Shown here piece by piece: positions 26,561 to 34,131 of a DNA stretch of 37,974 nucleotides (position 1 is its first letter; every line of letters begins with the position of its first letter). The stretch spans positions 1-37,974 of the forward strand of contig JBGSMV010000049.1 of NCBI GenBank assembly GCA_041739995.1. Direction: 5' to 3'. The notes under the pieces were generated by a model. That model did not search any database. It had not been told where the DNA came from and saw nothing but the letters and a program-made list of their open reading frames with translations. The translations under genes were made by a program, and so were the position numbers. Source of the stretch: Bdellovibrionota bacterium. GTDB taxonomy: Bacteria; Bdellovibrionota_C; UBA2361; JBGSMV01.

Positions 26561-27601
26561 GTGCTATCCATGGACACAACTCCATTCATCGATCGGCTTG
26601 ATTCGGCCATTACTAACGCGAATTCTATTCTTGTTGCAGGAATCGATCCGCGCATCGACGACCTGCCCGGCTTCATTGTGTCGAAAGCGCTGGCAGCGAA
26701 TCGCAGCTTTGACGAACAAGTCGAGTATGCACTTTGCCACTACTTCGAGAGAGTGATCGGCTTGCTCGCGGGTCAGATAGCCTGCATAAAGCCAAACCTG
26801 GCTTTCTTCGAACAGTATGGTATCGGGGGCCTCAAAGCATTCACCACATTTATGCGCCTTGCTCAGCAAGCAAAGCTACTTACTATCGCAGATGCAAAAC
26901 GCGGGGACATCGGCTCCACCGCGCAAGCCTACAGTTCGGCTTTTCTCGGACAGGTTTCTGCCTTTGGTTCGTCTCACACGATTTTCAACGCAGACGCCCT
27001 GACCGTGAACCCCTATTTAGGTTTCGATACCCTAGAGGAGTTCATTAGGGACTGTCGCACCTTCGGAAAGGGCCTGTTCATCCTGGTAAAAACCTCTAAC
27101 AAAGGTTCTGCCGATCTTCAGAATTTGCGAACATCCTCCGGCTCCTCTCAGGTTTACGAGCACGTCGCTCGCTTCATCAGTTCACATGCTTCAGAACTTA
27201 CCGGCACCGCCACGAATGAAAGTTCCGGTCTTAGTGGCCTCGGCGCGGTGGTCGGGGCAACATACCCAGAAGAGGCACGCGCCCTTCGGGCGCTCATGCC
27301 GCATTCAATCTTTCTTATCCCCGGTTACGGTGCACAAGGAGCAAGCGCCGCAGATGCACTCGCAGGTTTTGCGCCTGGGCTTGAATCAAAGGCAAGTCCT
27401 CGTGGCGGCCTGGTTAATTCTTCTCGCGGTTTGTTTTCTATTCCAAACCCTAAAGACCTGACTGCCGAGACTTTTGATGCAGAAGTACTTGCTCGCATCA
27501 AAAAGGCAAACCAGGAGTTGAACGCTGCTCGAGCCGATATTGGTTCTCTCCCCGCGATACCCCTTCAGAATCAGCAGAATCCAAGCGAGCAGCGCGGATG
27601 A
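26561..27601 (+). CDS. pyrF: Orotidine-5'-phosphate decarboxylase (subfamily 2); start may be ATG 26570
   Basis: GIDP, KPNLAFFE, DAKRGDIGST, VNPYLG, VKTSN, GAVVGAT, PGYGAQG and VNSSR. Confidence 0.96.
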   Translation: MLSMDTTPFIDRLDSAITNANSILVAGIDPRIDDLPGFIVSKALAANRSFDEQVEYALCHYFERVIGLLAGQIACIKPNLAFFEQYGIGGLKAFTTFMRLAQQAKLLTIADAKRGDIGSTAQAYSSAFLGQVSAFGSSHTIFNADALTVNPYLGFDTLEEFIRDCRTFGKGLFILVKTSNKGSADLQNLRTSSGSSQVYEHVARFISSHASELTGTATNESSGLSGLGAVVGATYPEEARALRALMPHSIFLIPGYGAQGASAADALAGFAPGLESKASPRGGLVNSSRGLFSIPNPKDLTAETFDAEVLARIKKANQELNAARADIGSLPAIPLQNQQNPSEQRG

Positions 27602-29817
27602 AACTCGCCCCTCCAAAGAGCAACCTACGCGCTCCGTCCAATCCGGGATTTCCCGATCACTCACTCGTCAGCTACGAGAACGAGGGTCAGCTTCTCGCGG
27701 GAGCGGTAATTGGCTTTCGCCGACAGCGCTACGTGATTCTCAATGAGCGTGGTCGCGAAGTGGAGCTTACCGCCAATCGCCTGCACCCGATTCCAGGCAA
27801 TCTTCCGCTCGAAGCGCGCTCGATTGAGGAGCGCAAGAACTTTCTTGCTGAATTGGCTAGCGGCGCCAGGGCACAGGCACCGAAAATTGACCTCTCGGAA
27901 CTGTGGAACGTGGTACAGAGCGATCCCAAGGAATACAGCGTTCCCGACCTCTTCGAGCTCTCCTTTGGCGAAGCGCCAAAGCCTACAAATGCTCAGCCCT
28001 TCTTCGCCTTATGGGCAGCACTTACCTCAGACAAAATTAACTTCAAACGCGACCGAGACGGATTTCTTCCCCGCAGCGCTGCCGCAGTAGAAGAACTCCG
28101 CAAGGCAGAATCGGCCCGCGTGGCGAAGCTCGCCAAACGTTCAGTGTTTTTTGACTGGGTTCGAGAACGCATTCGCGACGCAGCCATCCCTGCTCCTCCT
28201 GATTTGGCAGAGACTATTGAACTGCTTGAAGAAGTTGCCGCTGGCGCTCCCCACTTAGACAATACCCGGCACCGCGAGGCTAAAGAAATCATCGATAACT
28301 GCATCGCAAATATCGGTGAACAAGCACTGGGTGGTGGACTTGGAGGCAATCGCGAGCAACGCGCATTTCGCCTGCTCGAACGAATCGGATGGATTACCGA
28401 AAGAACAAACCTGTCTCTTATACGTCACCACCCCCCTCGTCGATTCTCTGCTGAGACTTTGCGAGAAACAGAAGCGCTGAGAATCCCCGAGAGCGTCGCA
28501 GGTCTGAACGAGCCTGCCCCAGGGCTCGACGCCACTGTAACTCGCATAGACTTAACCGACGTGTTTACTTTCACGATCGATGACATCACCACCGCCGACA
28601 TGGATGATGCCATCTCGCTTGAAAGGCAGAGAGACGGATACCGTTTAGGTATTCACATTAGTGACGTGAGTTCATTCATTGCTCCTGGTGGAGTTATTGA
28701 TAGAGCTGCTCGGTTCCGTGCCACCTCGCTCTATTTACCAGACCAGAACGTCCCGATGCTTCCCGAGCTTCTGTCTGAGGATCGACTCTCGCTCAAGCAA
28801 GGGGCGATTCGACCAGTGTTAAGTTGCCTTATTCAGCTTGACGAATCGTTGAAGTTTCAGAGTGCAAAGTTACAACTGTGCACCATTAAAAGTGCCCGAC
28901 GCTTTAACTACGATGAATTCGAGCGTCTGCTTGAGGACCCCAACAGCGAATTTGGTAAACTCTACGAGCTTTCTAGCGCTCTTGAACAAGAACGCATCGA
29001 GCATGGCGCCCACAAGGTTTACAAACGAGACCTCGTCATTGACGTGGATGAGGCGGGGCATTGTAGTTTGCGGGAAATAGATGAGCATGGTCCCGCCCGC
29101 GCACTGATCGGAGAACTTATGATTCTTGCGAATTCTCTCAGTGCCCGCTACGCCGCCGAGCATAATATTCCAGTCGTATTTCGCAGACAGGATCCTCCCG
29201 ACTCTACCGGGCAGAATCATCACCATGCGCCAGAACGTTCACCCCAAACACCCGGCAAGCCCACTGATTCTGTTCCAGGACCGGCGGCTGATTACGCTGA
29301 GCGATCCCGCATGAAAAAATCGTCCATTGGCGTGGACCGCGGACCACATTCGGGGCTTGGCTTAGAAGCATATATCCAAAGTACCTCTCCGATTCGCCGC
29401 TATATTGATTTGGTCAACCAGCGGCAGATTGTGCATCACTTGGTATTTGGAAAACCCTGGTATTCAAGACAGGAAGTTGAGGAAATAATCGCCTTCACCG
29501 AGCAACCCTTGGGCGTTGCCCTAACGGTCAGTAGGGAGTCTCGCCGATTCTGGCTATTGCGTTACCTTGCAAACCGCATGGCGCAGGCGCGAGAGGATGG
29601 GAAGGGCGATGCAGGTAGTGTGATTACTGGCACCGTGCTTCGTACGGATCTGAAGCACCCTCTGGTAGAGCTTGATGAGATCTTCATGCCGGTGATGGTC
29701 AAGTGCGCGCTGCCGCCAAAGGTCGGAGACCACCTCAAACTAAAAATCGTCGGAATAGATCCTCAGCAAGATTACATTCGGCTCGAGCCGATCGTTGGCC
29801 CCGATCATTCCGGGTAA
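27598..29817 (+). CDS. RNB-domain exoribonuclease (RNase II/R family)
   Basis: TIDDITTADMDDAIS catalytic motif, IHISDV, ATSLYLP, ELMILAN, HSGLGLEAY, TSPIRRYIDL and an S1-like C-terminus. ATGA overlap with pyrF. Confidence 0.93.
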   Translation: MKLAPPKSNLRAPSNPGFPDHSLVSYENEGQLLAGAVIGFRRQRYVILNERGREVELTANRLHPIPGNLPLEARSIEERKNFLAELASGARAQAPKIDLSELWNVVQSDPKEYSVPDLFELSFGEAPKPTNAQPFFALWAALTSDKINFKRDRDGFLPRSAAAVEELRKAESARVAKLAKRSVFFDWVRERIRDAAIPAPPDLAETIELLEEVAAGAPHLDNTRHREAKEIIDNCIANIGEQALGGGLGGNREQRAFRLLERIGWITERTNLSLIRHHPPRRFSAETLRETEALRIPESVAGLNEPAPGLDATVTRIDLTDVFTFTIDDITTADMDDAISLERQRDGYRLGIHISDVSSFIAPGGVIDRAARFRATSLYLPDQNVPMLPELLSEDRLSLKQGAIRPVLSCLIQLDESLKFQSAKLQLCTIKSARRFNYDEFERLLEDPNSEFGKLYELSSALEQERIEHGAHKVYKRDLVIDVDEAGHCSLREIDEHGPARALIGELMILANSLSARYAAEHNIPVVFRRQDPPDSTGQNHHHAPERSPQTPGKPTDSVPGPAADYAERSRMKKSSIGVDRGPHSGLGLEAYIQSTSPIRRYIDLVNQRQIVHHLVFGKPWYSRQEVEEIIAFTEQPLGVALTVSRESRRFWLLRYLANRMAQAREDGKGDAGSVITGTVLRTDLKHPLVELDEIFMPVMVKCALPPKVGDHLKLKIVGIDPQQDYIRLEPIVGPDHSG

Positions 29818-29904
29818 ATGCTGCGGTTCAACATTAGGATATTGGACAAGGCGGTCGTGTAGCCTCTACGACCAGATCGAATTCCAACAACAACAGATTG
29901 AAAT

Positions 29905-30090
29905 TTAGTGTGCGCGAATATTGGAGAGGTCGAAGGCATCGGCGACTTCACTGGAAGCGCGCTCTTCGCAAACTTCTTTGATGACATGGAAGGCGCGGGT
30001 CAGGGTTTCAAGGTCTCCAATAGCAAGTTCAATGATCTCACAGGCATCTTCTGAATCTCTCACATTTGCTTGAGGCTTCATTGATCTCAT
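29905..30090 (-). CDS. Small acidic hypothetical protein (61 aa)
   Basis: Fills a gap free of other genes. GAGGG RBS 6 nt before ATG 30090, and a sigma-54 motif upstream. Confidence 0.6.
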   Translation of the reverse strand: MRSMKPQANVRDSEDACEIIELAIGDLETLTRAFHVIKEVCEERASSEVADAFDLSNIRAH

Positions 30091-30160
30091 GTCCAACCCT
30101 CGCTATTCCCAACCTGCCGATGTCCCGAGTATCCGAATGAATGCGATACCCCTTTCACCA

Positions 30161-30176
30161 AGCACAAATCCTGCCA
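30161..30176 (-). promoter_or_regulatory. Sigma-54 (-24/-12) promoter
   Basis: Minus strand TGGCAGGATTTGTGCT has GG-N10-GC spacing and lies about 70 nt upstream of the small ORF. Confidence 0.65.
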
Positions 30177-30408
30177 AGTAAAGAAGTCGACCTTTGGTAG
30201 GAAAACTTGACCTGATTCAGGAAAATCGTTGGAATATTAGCGGGTTACAACTCGCCTTAAATCGGCTGGGGGTCAAGATTCCGTCACTCGACGAATCTGC
30301 GTCCGAGGCCCCCTGACACGGGGCAATATCTTCCGGATTCTGACTTCCCCAGCAGTGCAATCTCAGCGATCGGTCAGACCACGAAGCATCGACGGCATCA
30401 GCAAATCC

Positions 30409-30996
30409 TCAATCACCAAAAGCGCGCTCAATTCGATCCAGTTGAAAGCCGTGATGGAAAATGTGCTCCCGGATAAACTTCAAGGTGTCCTGCAAGTTAA
30501 GCATCCCGATAAGCGGATGAACAAACACTCCAAGGCGACGAAGCTTCCGCTGATTTCCCAAAACCGGTGTGGATCGAACTCTTTCTCCCACACCACGCCA
30601 CTCCTCGATGAGATCGGGCAAAGTTCGGATACCACGAGGCATAACTTTGTCGGATGGAGATTTCACTTTGATTGGACGTTTCATAGCACTCGCAAGGATG
30701 CGACCACGCAGAAAACTGAGTAGCGGCAAGAGGCGCCCCTCTCGGCCTGGCGCTCCGAACCAATTCGCTGGAATTCCTGTCTCTGCAAGCGCCTTGCTGA
30801 TAAATTGTGCAATGCCACTCTCGACAAGCACTAAGTGCTCAACAACCTCCGTGACCGTCCACACCTCTGACTGGGATAGCTTCACGAGAGACACCGGCCT
30901 GACGTTCACCCACTCGAGCCTTATCTTTTCGACACGAGAGATAAAGCGCTCTCGCTCTGCATCAAGGCGCATACAATAGGGAGCGAGAGAGGACAA
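30409..30996 (-). CDS. DinB/DinB_2 family protein (start uncertain)
   Basis: WTVTEVVEHLVLVE and HPLIGMLNLQDTLKFIREHIFHHGFQL, giving the His-triad pattern of the DinB superfamily. Confidence 0.85.
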   Translation of the reverse strand: MSSLAPYCMRLDAERERFISRVEKIRLEWVNVRPVSLVKLSQSEVWTVTEVVEHLVLVESGIAQFISKALAETGIPANWFGAPGREGRLLPLLSFLRGRILASAMKRPIKVKSPSDKVMPRGIRTLPDLIEEWRGVGERVRSTPVLGNQRKLRRLGVFVHPLIGMLNLQDTLKFIREHIFHHGFQLDRIERAFGD

Positions 30997-31029
30997 TTTC
31001 GATTCCTGGATCAGACCGACCTCACTGCA

Positions 31030-31680
31030 TCACCGCGGCGTCACTTCAACCGCGAGTACTAGGCCGCCGGATGGGTCATTGAGCAAATCTGTGCCGGCGA
31101 TCATGCTCTGACCGATGTCGAGGTGCATCCTGGTATCTAGGATTTCTGCGCCTGACTTGTCTGTCCAGCGCACCCAAAGTCCGACCTTTTCCTTATCGAT
31201 ATAGAGTGGTCGCAGAGCAAGAGATTGTCCGTTCACTAAGGCGACCACTGATTTTCGTCGCACCGGGACAGTGCGTTCATCTCCGCTCATATAAACGAAT
31301 CCTCTAAAGGGAAGCCTTCTCAATTTATCGGCGAGATCACTAAGGCGTGAATCAATGCGAATCGGAATTGGTTTATCAGAACGCAGGTGCTCATCAATGC
31401 GACCTTGCGCCTGAATAGTCCTCACCACTATCTGCAGCTCCTGGCCCAGCGGCTCGGAGAAGCTCTCGTCTGGGGAACGCGACTCGGTGACGACTGCTGC
31501 TCGGACCAACCCCTGCTGATTCTGACTATCGTCCTTCATTCCCACCTCTGCGTAGGCGCGCTCCGGACAAATCACTACATAAGCGGCAATTCCCAGGTAG
31601 ACCAGGTAAAAAGGTACAAAGATACTTTGGAGACTTAAAACTCTTAAGGGTAAGCCTGACAGGAGATCCTTAAACTTCAT
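31030..31680 (-). CDS. Hypothetical exported or membrane-anchored protein (216 aa)
   Basis: N-terminal hydrophobic segment ending AYA and a beta-rich C-terminal domain. Third gene after the ECF sigma and anti-sigma. Confidence 0.75.
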   Translation of the reverse strand: MKFKDLLSGLPLRVLSLQSIFVPFYLVYLGIAAYVVICPERAYAEVGMKDDSQNQQGLVRAAVVTESRSPDESFSEPLGQELQIVVRTIQAQGRIDEHLRSDKPIPIRIDSRLSDLADKLRRLPFRGFVYMSGDERTVPVRRKSVVALVNGQSLALRPLYIDKEKVGLWVRWTDKSGAEILDTRMHLDIGQSMIAGTDLLNDPSGGLVLAVEVTPR

Positions 31681-31811
31681 ACTTGTATCAAAGCCAATCT
31701 AGGTGGATCCCGCAACTGCGCTGCCACCGGATTTAGAGACCCTTTGGCAGGAATCGTCCGCGAAAGAGTTCAAGCCCATTGACTCAGACTACTAAAGGGA
31801 GGCATGCCGTT

Positions 31812-32987
31812 CTATTGGACGCTGTCGGCTGACCACGCTTCAGATGAGTTGGAGCTTGATTGAGCCTGAAGAACTTGCGCCAAACTTCCAGATGCTAAAC
31901 GGCGATTTGGCTGCACCCAAATGTATGCCGCCTTCTCTACTGGATCATGAAACATTCTTACCCGGCCTCGACTCCGCATCCAGTCTACCTCTATGGCACG
32001 CGGTGCACGTGCATATGAGGGCATGCGATCTGCCTGACCTGTCCTGGCTTCAATCACGCCATTTCCACCGAGCGACATAAGGGGCTGCTGCGCTGCTGCA
32101 TCTCGACGAGTTCTTTCAGCGAGAGCCACCGCGATCGCTTCGGAGAGATCAAATTCTTGAGCTCCAATCTGGCGGTAACCTTCGCCGCCACCTGAGGTAT
32201 CGAGATCGCTAGAGTCCGCGTTGGTAAGAGTTCGCGAGCGACTTTGGAGACCAGCACGAGCTGAGCCCGCGCCGCCTCCACCCAGCGAAACATCACGAGC
32301 AATCGGTGCCGATGAGCCGAAACGCCTCGCCATTTGCGACCTGCCGACACGCGAGACTTCAGCTCGAGGTGCAGTTCCCGTGTCAAAGGCGGCTCCGTTC
32401 TGCACAGTATTACCGGCAGTAGTGCTACTGGAAGGAAAGAGCGCCACTTCACCAATCGGGGCACCAATCTGAGATCCAAGCGGAGAATTTGTGGGGGACA
32501 CCACGAGCAACACCATAGCGGCACTCATAGCAGCACCTACTGCGGCTCCTGAGAAACCCCATTTGGCACGAAGGCCCCACTTGTCCTGCAATAAAGAGAA
32601 ACCAATGGTTGACGCAGCTTCACGGCCCAAACCCCGGCGAGCAAGTAGCATAGCGTGCTGCTCTTGAGTAATCTGTGCATCAATCCGACTCCACATAGCT
32701 TCAGCATCTAAGCTGGCAAGGTGCGTAGAGCATTCAATGTCTAAAGACTCGCGCAGCAGATTCTCGCTACGACTCCAATCGTCACAAAACTTCTGGGCTA
32801 CTGGGTTTCGTCGGAGCAATGCTCCCGCGCGCAAGCGCCCAACAAAGCCGAGCTGCCTGTCATGGAATCTGAACAGCAGGTCCTGTTCCTTCGAGCTAAG
32901 GCCGCCAAATGCATCTTCAAAGGACTCGCCCAGCCCTTCGTTTAGAGGGGGATTTTGACTTCCAGGCTTATGTGTAACTTCTGCCAT
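31812..32987 (-). CDS. Putative membrane-anchored anti-sigma factor
   Basis: 391 aa, directly downstream of the ECF sigma. Degenerate anti-sigma domain (LLFRFHDRQL...MWSRIDAQI), one TM (GAAVGAAMSAAMVLLVV), a long linker and a short C-terminal beta module (IEVDW...AYIWV). Confidence 0.72.
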   Translation of the reverse strand: MAEVTHKPGSQNPPLNEGLGESFEDAFGGLSSKEQDLLFRFHDRQLGFVGRLRAGALLRRNPVAQKFCDDWSRSENLLRESLDIECSTHLASLDAEAMWSRIDAQITQEQHAMLLARRGLGREAASTIGFSLLQDKWGLRAKWGFSGAAVGAAMSAAMVLLVVSPTNSPLGSQIGAPIGEVALFPSSSTTAGNTVQNGAAFDTGTAPRAEVSRVGRSQMARRFGSSAPIARDVSLGGGGAGSARAGLQSRSRTLTNADSSDLDTSGGGEGYRQIGAQEFDLSEAIAVALAERTRRDAAAQQPLMSLGGNGVIEARTGQADRMPSYARAPRAIEVDWMRSRGRVRMFHDPVEKAAYIWVQPNRRLASGSLAQVLQAQSSSNSSEAWSADSVQ

Positions 32988-33136
32988 TACGACTCTCTTC
33001 TCTCTTGGTGGCTTTTCTTAATGACTCTTCAATGAATAGGGATACATGTCTAAAATTCCAACCTATTGATACCACTTACTTTTTCACATTCGGCCTAACC
33101 TGTAACAAACATACGACGCCACAATCATAAAAATAT

Positions 33137-34012
33137 TCAAAAAATCATAGACTTATAGATCTGGCTAGCCACCCGCCTCAATTTTGAATTCTTCCCGAGG
33201 TCTGGAGCAGCGGTTGAACCGGCCTCTTCCTCTGAGTCGCCAGCCGACTCCTCTGCGCTAGAAGACGAAGCCAGGCCTGGGGCAGCAGGGGCTATTTCGC
33301 TCAAAGCAATCTTTAACTTCTTCCTGGCATAGAACAGACGACTCATCACCGTCCCAACCGACACTCCAGTCGAATCGGCAATCTCTTCGTAGCTCAGTCC
33401 ATCGAGTTCTCTGAGCACAATTGTTGCGCGATGCTCTTCCGTCAATGTTTGAAGCGCGCGATTGATTAATCCCATCTGCTGCTTTCGATACAGCTCCTGA
33501 TGTGGCCCGTCGATCGCGGCCACCTGCTCCTGGCCATCATAGTCGTCGGTTTCTTGGAACTCCTTCGCAGGACCTCCTCGACGCGAGACCTTACGAGTCA
33601 GGTCAATCGCTACATTGTAGGCAATGCGATACAGCCAGGTATAAAAGGCAGAGTCCCCTTTGAATTCTGCGAGCGAGGTGTAGGCTTTTACGAATGCGTC
33701 TTGGGTGACATCTTCGGCATCCTCACGTGAGCGCACCACACTAAAGGCCAGGGCAAAAATCTTCTGGTAGTAGCGTTGAAAAAGCTCTCTATAGGCGCCT
33801 CTGTCTCCGGCCCTGACACGCTGAACTAGAATTTGATCGGGTATTTGATCGGCCTCATGCTCAGAAGACACTCTCCCCTCGCGGGCAGCAGCGCGCCCTT
33901 GCAGCCTTTCACGGGCAGACCTGGTCGGGGGACTTCCCTTAGTGGTCAGGGCACTCCCCTTACTGGTCGGAATACCCGAAGCCTCAGGCACGTCGACTCC
34001 CCTTCGATTCAT
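33137..34012 (-). CDS. ECF sigma-70 factor (RpoE-like) with N- and C-terminal extensions; start uncertain
   Basis: Region 2: DAEDVTQDAFVKAY and SAFYTWLYRIAYN. Region 4: LRELDGLSYEEIA...GTVMSRLFYARKKL. Alternative GTG start at 33991 with SD AGGGGAG. Confidence 0.93.
   Translation of the reverse strand: MNRRGVDVPEASGIPTSKGSALTTKGSPPTRSARERLQGRAAAREGRVSSEHEADQIPDQILVQRVRAGDRGAYRELFQRYYQKIFALAFSVVRSREDAEDVTQDAFVKAYTSLAEFKGDSAFYTWLYRIAYNVAIDLTRKVSRRGGPAKEFQETDDYDGQEQVAAIDGPHQELYRKQQMGLINRALQTLTEEHRATIVLRELDGLSYEEIADSTGVSVGTVMSRLFYARKKLKIALSEIAPAAPGLASSSSAEESAGDSEEEAGSTAAPDLGKNSKLRRVASQIYKSMIF
33922..33970. repeat. Degenerate 21-bp tandem repeat in the ECF 5' region
   Basis: TGGTCGGGGGACTTCCCTTAG / TGGTCAGGGCACTCCCCTTAC / TGGTCGG, encoding PTSKGSA-LTTKGSP. 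Confidence 0.7.
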
Positions 34013-34131
34013 GTAAGCGCGATTCTCCACGTTAGCGTCGCCTGTAGAGTATACCTCAAACACTGCGACCCTGTGTCTAGATCTCAGGGGCCTTCTTGCA
34101 CCCCCCCAGGCCTCTACGCACATGGGAAGGC

